Origin: Mustelus asterias
Taxonomy: Eukaryota
DNA: 64,000 bases
NCBI RefSeq assembly: GCF_964213995.1
Contig: NW_027590745.1
Span: 1-64,000, forward strand
Direction of reading: 5' to 3'
Shown here: piece after piece, positions 38,561 to 51,150 of the stretch
Numbering within the stretch: position 1 is the stretch's first letter
Layout: each line of letters begins with the position of its first letter
Translations under genes and position numbers: made by a program
The notes under the pieces: model-generated
What the model was told of the DNA's origin: nothing
Databases searched by the model: none
What the model saw: the letters and a program-made list of their open reading frames with translations, nothing else

Positions 38561-40681
38561 GTTTTACTATTAAGTTGTTGGGACAGCCAAAATTTTTCAA
38601 AGAAGGAATGCATTAGTCACCTTCTACCTCACCTTAAGAAACAAGATTCAGAATTATGTGTTAGGAATGTGAGAAATGTGAAAGCTTCTGATAAGCATCA
38701 GGAACTGCTGGAGTTTGCATAGTCCAGTGGATCCTGTACATTTTAACTGCACATACACTGCAACCTGCATGATGTTTGTTCAAAGGTTCGATCCTCAGTT
38801 CATGCTGAGCTGAATGATCTTGAACGCTACAACTGATCTTAGCGTCCCCATGGCCAGTGACAAGGGCAAGCAGTCTCATGGATGATAAATGGCTCTTTGG
38901 ACAAGGTTAGTGGTTGCCAGTGGTGTGACGTCAAGAGTCAGCGTCCCCACTCAGGCGATAGTTGGGCTATTTACATCCTTCATTATCATAGAATCCCTAC
39001 GGTACAGAAGGAGACCATTCAGCCCTGCACTGAGTCTCCGAAAGAGCATCTTACTCAAGTGCAGCCCCCGCATGGCTATGTTGAACTTTGTGCCTTGTGT
39101 GTCTACATTATGACATTCGAAACAAGATCATTGAAATGCGGGACAATATACTTAACCGGCAAGTTATAGGGGAACAGCTCATTCGTGTCACAGAATTGCA
39201 TCCATTATTACATTATTGTTATATTATTTGAAAAGAATTAGGAACTATATTGTCATGCGCATGTATACATAGGTATCCAGGATGCCACATCACTCAGTGC
39301 TGCACCAAAGTCTATGCACCGAACTAGCACTGTATCTTTCTGCAGCACCTGGTGAGCTCTGAGAAAGACATTCAGCGTCTGCTCCCGTATCTGTGTAAAG
39401 CAGTGTGATCATTTCAAACTTCTGGGAACCACAATGCGCAACATGGTGGCAGCAGGTGTTTGCAAGTAAAACCCAAACATTATACACAAAATAAATGCCA
39501 TATTAGATTATAAAAATCAATCCAAGTTCATGCCAGAGAAAAAACAATGGAATGAGTTGTGCAAAAGTAAATGGTTGCCACTGCAACAATGAACACATGA
39601 TTCCAGCTCAAGATGGATTGGGGGGCTGATGATGTCGTGGAGACATTTGAGCAGCTTAAACAAAACTGCAGATTGACATTCAGTAGCTTTCTAAAGGCAC
39701 GAGTGAACAGGAAAGGGTCAGCTCCATCCTTTCGTGGACTGGAGAGAAAGGTTTAGATCTTTTCAATAGCCGGGAAATGAATGAGGATGGCAGTAAAAGC
39801 ACAAACATTTCTGAGAAATTCAGCACAAATCTCCAGCCAAAATCAAGCCATTGGAACCATTGATCTGAAACTCAGAGCCTGAAGCAGGAACCAGGTGAGC
39901 TGTTGTCAATTTCTTGAGAAATGTAGTCAACAAACGTAAATTCAAAGAAATGGCTGAAAGGTCGACAGATCGGTTCATTGGAGCTCAGCGCACCCTGATG
40001 TACAAAAGGCTCTGATTGGAAAGGGCAAGCCTACAATATTGCAGAGTGTTGACACTGCCAGAGCACAGGAAGCCATGAGTAGGCAGATAAAGACACTGAC
40101 TGCCCAAACAGCTAGTCTTCAGTTAAGTCAAGAGAAAGAGATCAGGGTTGGTGCAGTGAAACAGCAACAAAAAACTGCACACCAGACAGGGAGAAAGACA
40201 TCCCAGAGATGTGGGTGACCATGATCTCACAAATAGAAGGAAATGCCCTGTACACCTATCAAAATGCAGAGCTTGTGGAAAGTCCAATCACTGGAAAAAG
40301 ATGTTCAGAACAAAGGAATCTGATGATAAAGGATTTACCAGAGGCAGAGCAACAGGACGACTGAGCAAGAAAAGAAACCAAAATATAAATATTCATACCC
40401 TGGAAGATGACAATGAATACAAAGACACAACAGACATAGGAAACATTGAACTGCATGAAATTGCCAAATGTGGCAAAGAAAAGACATTCACACAATCTTT
40501 TCAGATCAGGGAGAATGTGGGAAATAAACCCACAACCATAAATCTAAAGCAGAAGTTTGATACTGGAGCACAGTTTAGTATCATCCCACTCAAACAAGAT
40601 CTTTCCTGAGAATTCGAAAGAAAATGGTTCCCTAAAGAAAGATGCTCTGAAACTGAAGAACATCACGCTGATGGCAACTGA

Positions 40682-40809
40682 GGGTGAAATTCTCTGGCCG
40701 CGCTGGTCTAAAAGTCAGAAATTCCTGCCCGACCATCAATGGCATTTCACATTCTCCACAACCGGCCCGCTAAAATTCCAGTGGTGGGCAGGCTGGGAGA
40801 ATTCTGGCC
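40682..40809. mobile_element. Harbinger-type MITE
   Basis: TIRs gggtgaaattctc / gagaattctggcc; TSD TGA. Confidence 0.8.
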
Positions 40810-41092
40810 TGAGGGTTGACAGCTAAGAACAACCCAAATTGGAGGGACACACAATGGGAAAGATGTTAACTGTATGGTTTTTGTCATTGAAAAAGATGGT
40901 TCTGCTATCCTGGGGCTGAGCAGTTGCAAAGAGCTGCAGCTATTCTCATTAAGTGATGAGATGAGGAAGGGTCACTGAGGGTTGAAGATGGTTACCCACT
41001 GAAAAGTGCCCTCTGATCAGAAACAAGAAAGATGTGGTCCAAATGCATCTAGATGAGATGGTTGGATGTTTTGAAGATTTTCAGGAGCACAT

Positions 41093-41405
41093 CATAGAAC
41101 CATAAAATCTCTACTGTGCAGAAGGAGGCCATTCAGCCCATCAAGTTTACGCTGATTCTCTGAAAAACATCTTACCAAGGTCTATCCAATCCCTGTCTTT
41201 CTTTTGACACTAAGAAGCAATTTAACATGGCCAATCCACCTAACCCACACATCTTTGGACTGTGGGAGGAAACTGGAGCACCGGAGGAAACCCACGCAGA
41301 CACGGGGAGAACGTGCAAACTCCACACAGTCACCCGAGGCCGGAATTGAATCTGGGTCCATGGTGCTGTGAGGCAGCAGTGCTAACCACTGTGTCACTGT
41401 GCTGT
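41093..41405 (-). mobile_element. HE1-type V-SINE (CR1 tail) in Gypsy pol
   Basis: Head, V body and tail present. Confidence 0.88.
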
Positions 41406-44009
41406 CCAATCACTATTGATTCAGGAAAGAAACCAGTGATTCATCTCCCATATAAAGTACCAATAGAACTCAAAGGAAAGATTGAAAGAGCTCCAAGAGT
41501 TGGATGAAAAGAAAGTCACAGAGCCTACAGATTGTTGTGTGTGAGAAGCCAAAATAATGGTTACAAATTTGCTTGGATCCCAAAGATCTTAATCAAACAG
41601 TAAAAAGGAATCACTTCCCTTTTCCAATTCTGAGGAAATTGCGCCAGTTTTGGCAGCAGTAAATCTTTTCAGCAAGCTTGACACCAGAAATGGCTACTGG
41701 AAATCTTCACTGTTGACGACATTCAACACACCCTTTGGATGTAATAAATTCCTTTACCTTTTGGCCTGGGCAATGATATGTTCCAGCAGAAAGTGGACAA
41801 GACAATACAAGAGATGCAAAGGAGCAGTTGGTATAACTGATACTATCCAAATCTATGGTGTAGGTGAAAAAGATCAGGAAAGCTGAAATGTAGTGAAATA
41901 CAGACAAATGCATTTTGAAGGTGACAAAATGTCTGTTCTTCACAATGATGGATATGCCTGGTACAAGCCAAAAATCTGAAAAATTCTCAAAAATCTGAAA
42001 AAATCTCAAATCTCAAAAATCTCTGCAATGGAAACTCTAAGAGACAAGAGAGGGTTAAGATATTTCCTTGGCTTGATCAATATGTGGGATCTACCATACC
42101 TCACATGTCAGAACACACAGCAAACATACCAGAGCTGGTAAAGGAAAATGTTGAGTATTATTAGTCAGAGTTCCGTCAGAGGAGTTCCAGCAAATTTAAT
42201 GAAGTAGTATACAAGGAGACAAATCAGTCATTCTAGAACAGAGAAATGTATCATTCTGCAAGTAGTTGCTTCTGCAGGGCCTCTGGCACAAGATGGAAAG
42301 CCGATAATATTTGCATCCAAAACTCTCACATCACATGAGACTAGATATACCAACATAGAAAACGTGCTTTTGAATGGGAGAAGTTCCATAAATATATCTG
42401 GATGAAGTTCATGGTGGAGACTGATCATTGTCCATTGGAGCAGATCTACAAGGAAATACCCGTGTAGAGCACCAGCAGGATTACTGAGGCTAATTCCAAG
42501 GCTTTCAAAGTTGTGCTTGTACTCTGAAATACAAGCCAGGATGAGAAAAGGTGCTGGCAGAAGCCCTACCTCGGACGTCACCACAGAAGAGATAAAATCT
42601 AGGTCCATCATTCAGTGAATGTAGCAGCACCAAAACTGAGTCAGATTAGAGCTGAGACCAGCAAAGATGAAGACTTATAGATGCTCTCTCAGCAAGTGAT
42701 CCAGGGGCAGCCTGATAAAGTACAGCAAACACAGCCAGCAATGTGGCAGTACTGGTCTATCAGAAATGACATCTCACTAGAAGATGGTGTTCTGCTTGCC
42801 ATATTCAGGATCATTGTAGCCAAAATGATGCAGAGAAAACTTCTCCAGAAGATACTCGAGGGCTACAAGGAAATGGAAAGGTGTAAGCTCAGAGTCAGAT
42901 TAACCATGTACTAGAGAGGCATCTGCAAATATGTGTGGTATGGACCAGAAGGAGAGAATTACACATCAGAAAGAGGAGATGATAGCTATTGAAGTACCAA
43001 CCAGACCATGGAATATTGTGGGAACTGATTTAATCACACACAATCAAGAGTGGTATCTCATAGAAAGTTCCCTTTTATCAGAAAGGTGAAAGATTAGACA
43101 CCTATAAACAATCATGGCAACAGTATACGCTCTAATTGCTAAGTGGGGGATTCCTGAAAGGACAATGCATGAAAATGGAATGCAATTTTCCTCTAGATAG
43201 TTTAAGAAAATTGCTGAACAATATGGGTTCTACATCATCATTATCTTACCCAAGAGAACAGGGTTTTACAGAAAGATGCATCCAGATGGCCCACGGAACC
43301 CCCACGAAATGCTGAAAGTCAAAGGAAGGCCCAAACTTGGCTTTATCAGTCCGAGCTGTATCTCCAAAAGCTGACATGAAATCATCAGCAGAGCTACTCA
43401 ATGGCAGGAAGTACAAAACAAATTTCCTGAGCAAAATACATCCTCCCAGTGACCAGGAGGAGTAAGACAACAACTCACTGATGCACAGGTTGGAGGAAGT
43501 CAACACATTAAAAAGCATGCCAAATCCTTGCCCGAGTTGTTGAGAGGACAAACTGTACTCGGACAGGATTCAATCATGAGAACCTGGAACTAAACAAAAA
43601 TTGTCGGTGAAGCAGATACTCCAATGTCTTACATCAGAGAGTGAAATCTGTAAGAGATCTGTAAGAAGGAGCAGTATTCACCGGAGCTGGTGAGGTAGTA
43701 AAGGTTATCAGTAACACCAGCAACCTCATTAACAATGACAGAACATCAGCAACATCAAGCACAACTCCTACAACATCCAGAGCAACACACACATCGCCAG
43801 TGCAGCATGTCAACTCATCACTGAGAGAAATTCATCCCAAATCCACAAGATGGAGGAACAACATCCTACCACCTAATAATGTTTTAGAGGAAAGAAAATA
43901 AGCAAAGGCTTGTAAGCTATTCGGATTAATTACTAAAGTCGATCTTTAGTTTAGATATATTATAAAAGAGCTAATGATTGGAACAATTGTATTGACCTGT
44001 AGAGGCATT

Positions 44010-44134
44010 GGCTGGAACTCTATCATCTCGCCCGCTATGGAATTGGAGCGGGCGAGAGTCCGACAACAGAAATCTCTGTTGACCTCGGGCAGGAATTTCC
44101 GGTCTCGCCCGAGCGAGGCCCTAAAATCCCGCCC
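44010..44134. mobile_element. Harbinger-type MITE
   Basis: Same body as 19440-19566; TSD ATT. Confidence 0.8.
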
Positions 44135-44225
44135 ATTATATCCAAATAAAGAAAGAAGAATGTTATATTGTTATATTATTCAGAAGAGTTAAGAACTACA
44201 TCATTAGGCACATGTATACAGATGT

Positions 44226-44472
44226 CTCACTTCTCGGCCTTTTGGCGAAGACCAAGTGTCGGATCAAGCCCAAGATGGGGGCAGGGGGCAAACCTTATCT
44301 TGTCAGCTTGGATCTTAAGTTTGTCTCTCTTGTGGGGACCATGAATTGGTTTCAATTGTAATCTGAATTTGTTTTTGAAGCAAGCAAGGACTGGATTTGG
44401 GCTTGCCCAGCCTACCCTGAGCATTGGCTTTGTAATTTTAAGGATGGAGTAAAAAATGTTTTAAAAACAATT
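44226..44472 (+). mobile_element. U2 snRNA-headed chimeric retroposon in the 3' LTR
   Basis: 44226-44259 matches U2 nt 1-34 at 30/34; ~200-bp non-U2 body; A-rich end; TSD t(a/g)tacagatgt; absent from the 5' LTR. Confidence 0.85.
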
Positions 44473-45048
44473 TGTACAGATGTATCCAGAATGCTACACT
44501 CACTCACTACTGCACCACAACCTGTGCACAGAACTAACAATACATCATTCCACGGTACATGGTGAGATCTGAGAAATACATTCAATGTCAACTTCTGTGT
44601 AAAATGGTGTGATTATTTCAAACTTCTGGGAAGCACAAGACACAGCACATTCATTCTTTGCAAAGGATTCTTGGTAAAGATGGAAAATAGAAAACATTGT
44701 AAATAGCAAAATAGCAGCTGATGGTGTGTGGGGATGAGACAGTGCAGAGGAGCTGCTCTGTTAGGTACTAGGTTATCCGTATTTAACCTGCCCTTGGAGT
44801 GGTTAATCGGATAGTGTGAAGGGTCCTTTATCCTGACTTAATCTGTGCTGTTCCTAATCTGAGTGTCTGAGACTGGGTTCTGGAAATGCTAAATATCGAC
44901 ATTCGTCACCTCATAAAAGGAAAGTAGAACACTCTGTAACAGAAATGTTTGCAGTCTCTGTTATCCCTGTTATTGTTTGCCTCTGCTGATTTTCTGTTAA
45001 AATGACCCCAGAAGATTTATTCTCTTTTCTAATTAATTTTTAAAATAG

Positions 45049-45146
45049 TCCAGGAGGTGAATGAATACAGGAGCGTGATATACTGTATCCTGACGAGACA
45101 TCTGTACAATGCAGCCATATCCGATTCCTGCAGCATGGAACGTTGA
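45049..45146 (+). CDS. Candidate terminal coding exon of unknown gene (xQEVNEYRSVIYCILTRHLYNAAISDSCSMER*)
   Basis: Pyrimidine tract, ctaat branch point and aaatag acceptor; open frame with retained CpGs; not recognised. Confidence 0.25.
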
Positions 45147-45384
45147 TGCAGACCACTCAGCTTTTTATAAAGCAGCTGAAATACTGCAGTTCATCTGAAG
45201 GAGCAGCTCTTCTTCAAAGACTCCAGGGAGTGTCGAGGTTTTCTTGGCAATGTGGATTGAGGAAATATTTGTCCGTGTGATAAAGTCACCTAACTCCCTG
45301 AGACTGATCCAGAAAGAATTCTTTGAAATCAGGCCTGCACTCCTGCCTCAATACCAGTGTCCTGTTGGCAAGTTGACAGCAACT

Positions 45385-46000
45385 CATCCCCATCAACAAT
45401 TACACCCCACCCATTCCCCAATCTCCCAAACGCATTCCCCAACTCCCTCAACCCATTCTGCAACCCCCCAGCCCGTTCCCCAACTCCCTGCCATTCCCCA
45501 ACACCCCCAACCCATTCTCCAACCCCCCCAGTCCGTTCCCCAGCTCCCCACCATTCTCCAACCACCTCCCATTCCCCAACCCCTTCAGCCCATTCCCTAA
45601 CACCCCCACCCCATTCCACATCATCCTCCCATTCCTCAACACCCCCAATCCATTCCTCAACACCCTTCCATTCCCCAACTCCCCCAACCCATTCCTCAAT
45701 TTCCCCACCCATTCCCCAACCCCACCAACCCATTCCGCAACCCTCCCCACCCCATTCACCAAAACCCCCACCCACTCCCCAATGCACATCCCCTATTCCC
45801 CAAAACCCCCAACCCATTCAACGCTCCCCATCCCATTCCCCACCCCATTCCCCAACCCCCACCCATTCCCCAATGCCTACCGCCAATGTCCAACACTCCA
45901 AACTCATTCCTCAACCCCTCCCCACCCATTCCTCAACACCCCCCCCCCTTCCCCAACCCATTCCCCAACGCCCATAACCCATTCCCCAACACTCACCCAT
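45385..46000. repeat. C-rich degenerate tandem repeat (cccattccccaac)
   Basis: Low-complexity reiteration. Confidence 0.9.
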
Positions 46001-46069
46001 TTGGAAGTTGGCTGTGCCCACAGGAGTGTCCCATGGGAGAAAAGAACAGGAATAAGAAATTGGTGAATG

Positions 46070-46372
46070 GAGAAGGTGTTAATTTGCCCTCCTGGGTTAA
46101 TGTAAAAGGCCTCTTGAGAACTATCTCAAAGAGCATTTGCGGAGTTCTCCCTGTTGTGTGGACAATATTTATCCCTCAACAGACACCTTAGAAATAGATG
46201 ATTGGGTCAGTATGTCACTGCTGTCTGCGGGAGCTTGCTATGTTTAAACTGGCCACTCTGTTTCCTACATTAAAACAGTAACCACTCTTCAAAAAATCCT
46301 TCACTGGTTGCAAAGCACTTTGGGATGTTCTGAGATTGTGAAAGGTGCTATATCAATGCAAGTTCTTTCTTT
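46070..46372 (+). mobile_element. Decayed Deu-domain SINE
   Basis: ggagttctccctg...caatatttatccctcaac...tttcctacatt...aaagcactttgggatg. Confidence 0.7.
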
Positions 46373-47204
46373 GCTCTCTAACTAAATTCCAAACCACGAG
46401 AGCAGATCATTAATTTTGAGTTGGCAGAAAGTCGACAAATCCTACGGACTTTGAAATCACCAGTTGTCCTAACAAATTTGCAAAGGTAGTTGCAGAAAAA
46501 AAACAGCAACGTTTTAAACAAGAGAAAACATTTGAAAAGCCCGTGTTTATTTATAGATGTGACCTTTGTACAAAGCAACCACTGGACCTTTCCTTTCACT
46601 TTTGAAAAATAACAGGTTCTGTCTATGGTTGCAGTTTATAAACAGGAAATGCTGGAATCGCTGAGCCTGACCTGCTGAGTGTTTTCAGCATTTTGTGTTG
46701 ATACCTCAGATTTCTGGCGTCTGCAGGTTTTTGCCTTCTGCTCAGTCCCCAGGGTGAGGTGAGGAGCAGACACATGCATTCCTCTCAACTCCTAACAACT
46801 TCTGCCAGTGAAACTCCCCGTTTGTATTGCGGAATGGGGATGTGTACAAAATGAGACGCATCAATAGAATTAGTGACGAGGTGATTTGCTCCAGACCTCT
46901 GGGATGCCCAGCAAATCGATACAGAGATAAAGTACCAATCCAATTCAGCAGAAAGGGTCAGAGACTGAGGCGATGGCGAAGTGGACATACAGTGAAATAG
47001 TTCCTCTGGGCAGAACCTTGTGCCCTCCCCCCATGGCAGATTTGGGGACAGGGATCATTTAATTAGGCAGCAGGGTGGAGGGCGGAGGGGGGTTGGGAAT
47101 TCTGCCACTCTCCCACCCCTGGTGACAAGGATCGTAAATGGACTTCTTGCACCGCTGCCGATTAAGTGGGCAATTAATGCCCATTCAAGGGTCCCTTTCC
47201 CCTA

Positions 47205-48273
47205 CTTTCAAACTTTCAAGTTTGCTGATGACACCACCGTACCTCACAGTGTCAGGGACCCAGGTTCGATTCTCGGCTTGGGTCACTGTCTGTGCGGAGT
47301 TTGCACATTCTCCCTGTGTCTGCATGGGTTTTCTCCAGGTGCTCCGTTTCCTCCCACAGTCCAACATTTAGTCATGCTAAATATACTCTCAGTGTACCCG
47401 AAAAGACACTGGAGCGTAGTGACGAGGGAATTTTCACATTAACTTCATGGCAGTGTTAATGAAAGTCTACTTGTGACAAATAAATAAACTTAAAACTTAA
47501 CTGAATGAGATAGAAAATCTGGTAAACTGGTGTGACGACAATAATCTCTCCCTCAATGTCAACAAAACAAAGGAGATTGTTGTTGACTTCCGGAAGCGTG
47601 GTGGAGAACATGCCCCTGTCTATATCAATGGGGATGAAGTAGAAATGGTCGAGAGCTTCAGGTTTTTAGGTGGCAGATCACCAACAACCTGTCCTGGTCC
47701 CCCCATGCCGACACTATGGTTAAGAAAGCCCACCAATGCCTCTACTTTCTCAGAAGACTAAGGAAATTTGGCATGTCAGCTACGACTCTCACCAACGTTT
47801 GCAGATGCACCATAGAAAGCATTCTCTCTGGTTGTATCACAGCTTGGTATGGTTCCTGCTCTGCCCAAGACCGCAAGGAACTACAAAAGGTCGTGAATGT
47901 AGCCCAATCCATCACGCAAACCAGCCTCCCATCCATTGACTCTGTCTACACTTACCGCTGCCTAGGCAAAGCAGCCAGCAAAATTAAGGACCCCACGCAC
48001 CCTGGATATTCTCTCTTCCACCTTCTTCCGTTGGGAAAAAAAAAGTCTGAGGTCACTTACCAACCGACTCAAGAACAGCTTCTTCCCTGCTGCTGTCAGA
48101 CTTTTGAATGAACTTACCTTGTATAAATAAGATCTTTCTCTACACTCTAACTATGTAACACTACATTCTGCACTCTCTTGTTTTCTTCTCTATGAATGGT
48201 ATGCTTTGTATAGCGCGCAGGAAACAATACTTTTCACTGTATACTAATACATGTGACAATAATAAATCAAATA
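47205..48273 (+). mobile_element. Rex1/Babar-type LINE 3' fragment, interrupted by a SINE at 47242-47500
   Basis: KFADDTTV, WCDDNNLSLNVNKTKEIVVDFRK, KKAHQCLYFLRRLRKFG, CTIESILSGCITAWYG; tail aataataaatcaaat. Confidence 0.88.
47242..47500 (+). mobile_element. 5'-truncated HE1-type V-SINE (L2-like tail)
   Basis: cctcacagtgtcagggacccaggttcgattc...aataaataaact. Confidence 0.85.
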
Positions 48274-48480
48274 CTGCGGGTATTAACCCAGCTAGGGGGA
48301 GGGGGAGGTGGGGGGGGGTAGGGGGGTTCCCCAGTTAGGAAGCATGCCAAGCAAACCCTGGCATATTTGCTTGCAGGTTCCAGGAGGAGGTGGGGGAACC
48401 CAGCATCTGGGTGTGATATCTCAAAGGATTGGCCACCATCAAGTTTAGTAACTAAACAAACTATTGGAAGAATCAACTAT

Positions 48481-49197
48481 GTGTGCGGAACTTGGCTATC
48501 AGTTTCTGCTCAGCGATTCTGCGTTGTCGTGTGTCGTGAAGGCCGCCTTGGAGAACACTTACCCGAAGATCAGAGGCTGAATGCCCGTGACTGCTGAAGT
48601 GTTCCCCGATTGAAAGGGAACACTCCTGCCTGGTGATTATCGAGCGGTGTTCATTCATCCGTTGTCATAGCGTCTGCATGGTCTCCCCAATGTACCATGT
48701 CTCGGACATTCAGCTTCTGATCTTCGGGTAAGCGTTCTCCAAGGCGGCCTTCACGACACACAACAATGCAGAGTCGCTCAGCAGGAACTGATAGCCAAGT
48801 TCCGCACACATGAGGACGGCCTCAACCGGGATCTTGGGTTCATGTCACACTATCTGTAACCCCCGCGACTTGCCTGGGCTTGCAAAATCTCACTAACTGT
48901 CCTGGCTGGAGACAATACACACCTCTTTAACCTCTGCTTAACCCTCTCTCCACTTACATTATCTGTACCTTTAAGACTTGATTACCTGTAAAGACTCGCA
49001 TTCCAACCATTATCTTGTAAATTGAGTTTGTGTCTTTATATGCCCTGTTTGTGAACACAACTCCCACTCACCTGATGAAGGGGCGAGACTCCGAAAGCTT
49101 GTGGCTTGTGCTACCAAATAAACCTGTTGGACTTTAACCTGGTGTTGTGAGACTTCTTACTGTGCTTACTCCAGTCCAACGCCGGCATCTCCACATA
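48481..49197 (+). mobile_element. Penelope-like element with inverted 5' segment (48481-48706 minus, remainder plus)
   Basis: GIY-YIG C-terminal sequence on both strands; pseudo-LTR and tail. Confidence 0.9.
49068..49104 (+). ncRNA. Minimal hammerhead ribozyme motif
   Basis: tcac-CTGATGA-aggggcgagactcc-GAAA-gctt-gtgg. Confidence 0.7.
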
Positions 49198-50825
49198 GTG
49201 ACGCAGTTCAGCAGGTGCTGTCTCCACAGCAGAGATAGCTTTGGTTTGATTTTCAGAATTTGGACTCTCAACTTGTAAAGGTGCATCTGTGCTTATTATT
49301 TATTTAGTCCTCGCAGGAATATTACTTGACCCTTCCTCAGGTTGACTTGCTTCTATACTTTTTTCATTCACAACAATATTACTGGCAGGTGTAACCGGAG
49401 CAGACTACCCCCATTGGTTCTCCATGTGATTCCTTTCTTCTCAAGTGATGTAAATGCTTTTGCAGAATTTTATCTTGAATTTGCCCCTCATATACCTACC
49501 CCTTTCTGGCCACAACAACGCCTGGGACCCAACTCGGACCAGTCACAAATATTTGATATATATTAGATCACCGACCTCGAATGCCCTCTCAATCCTAGTT
49601 GAATTGTGATTCTTCTTTTGAACACTTTGCTTTGCCTCCACCATCCCTGCCAAATTGGGAAACACCAGGTCCAACCTGGTCCTCATATGCCTGCCCATCA
49701 GCGACTTGGCAGGAGTTACTCCAGTGGTCATGTATGGTGTCGTCCTGTCGTTGATGAGAAAACGTGCTCATTTTGTCTGCAGGGATGCTGACGGTTGCTT
49801 TTTCATGGCTGCCTTAAAGGTCTGTGATGTCCTCTCAGTGAGTTCATTCGATGAGTGGTGGAAAGGTCGATACAGAGATGCTTGATGCCATTTGATGACA
49901 TGAAATGTTGGAACTCCTTGCTGGTAAATACTATTTCACTGTCTGAAACCAACATCTCTGAGCTTTGCCTTAACCTTTTCACTATTGCAAAATAAGTCGT
50001 GCACTTCATTTCATAAATATCCAGCCGTTTTGAGTGTGTGTCCACGATAAGTAGGAACATTGTACCCATAAATGGGCCTATAAAATCCACGTGAAGTCTC
50101 ACCCATGGCCGGCCTGGCCTTCCCAAGGGTGCAGTGGGGCTGCGGATGGTAACTTCTGTTGTACCTGACAATGGTCGCACCGCTAAATCATGCTCCCTGT
50201 GTTTGCATCTATCCCAGGCCACCAAACGTAGCTGTGAGCCAACATTTTCATCTTGGACATACCTGGGTGGGCGCTGTGTAATTCCTCAACTAACAACTTT
50301 CTGCCAGGTATGGAGACCACCACCCTCAATTCCCGCAGAATGATGCCGTCTTCACCGCTCAGTGCATCCTTCCTTCTTTGAAAGGGTTTTAGCCGTTCAG
50401 ACATTCTATCATAATGCCAGCCATCAAGAATCATGTGCTTTAATTCGGATAATATTGGATCTCTTTCTCCATTGAGAAAATTAAAGGCTAAGACATTTTT
50501 TTGTGGCACTGCTGGGGATGGCATATTGGGAGACAGCTCAAGGTGTCTGCATTTGATCTATGTGCCCCTAGCCAACAATAAACATTGTATCCTTACAGAC
50601 GCTATCTGAGGGATTGCTTTATATTCTCTGAACAGTCCGAGTAACATTTTATGATCAGTGATTATGGTAAAATGCCGCCCACAAATATATTGGTGGAATT
50701 TCTTGAAGATGGTGGCCAAACCCTTTTTCTCGATCAGTGAGTATGCCTTCTCTGCTTCAGTTAGAGTCCTTGAAGCGTAGTGAATGGGCTTTCTGACTCG
50801 TCATTCATTTCATGTGATACAACAT

Positions 50826-51150
50826 GGGGCAGCACGATGGCATAGTGGTTAGCACTGCTACCTCACAGCGCCGAGGACCTGGGTTCGATTCCTGGCTTGG
50901 GTCACTGTCTGTGTGGAGTTTGCATGTTCTCCCCATGTCTGCGTGGGTTTCCTCTGGGTGCTCCGGTTTCCTCTCACAGTCCAAACATGTGCGGGTTAGG
51001 TGGATTGGCCAAGTTAAATTGCCACTTAGTATCAGGGGGACGAGTAGGGTAAATATGTGGGGTTACGGGACTAGGGCCTGGGTGGGATTGTGGTCGGTGC
51101 AGACTCAATGGCCTGAATGGCCTCCTTCTGCACTGTAGGGATTCTATGAA
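50826..51150 (+). mobile_element. HE1-type V-SINE (CR1 tail)
   Basis: Full head, V body, tail ctgtagggattctatga. Confidence 0.9.

Larger units (their letters stand above)
39206..44649 (+). mobile_element. Full-length decayed Gypsy LTR retrotransposon; LTRs 39206-39443 and 44161-44649
   Basis: Paired LTRs; PBS tggtggcagc at 39444 (tRNA-Leu type); PPT aaagaaagaagaa; gag CRACGKSNHW, protease FDTGAQ, RT FSKLDTRNGYW and TTFNTPFG, RNase H FASKTL, integrase YWSIRNDISLEDGVLL; TSD-like tccat/ttcat. Confidence 0.88.

Noticed and set aside
44226-44259. Functional U2 snRNA gene
   Set aside because: Only 34 nt with four mismatches, no Sm site or 3' stem-loops, and it lies inside an LTR.
45244-46191. Pro/His-rich ORFs (also Thr/His-rich ORFs at 29141-29791)
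   Set aside because: Translations of low-complexity DNA.
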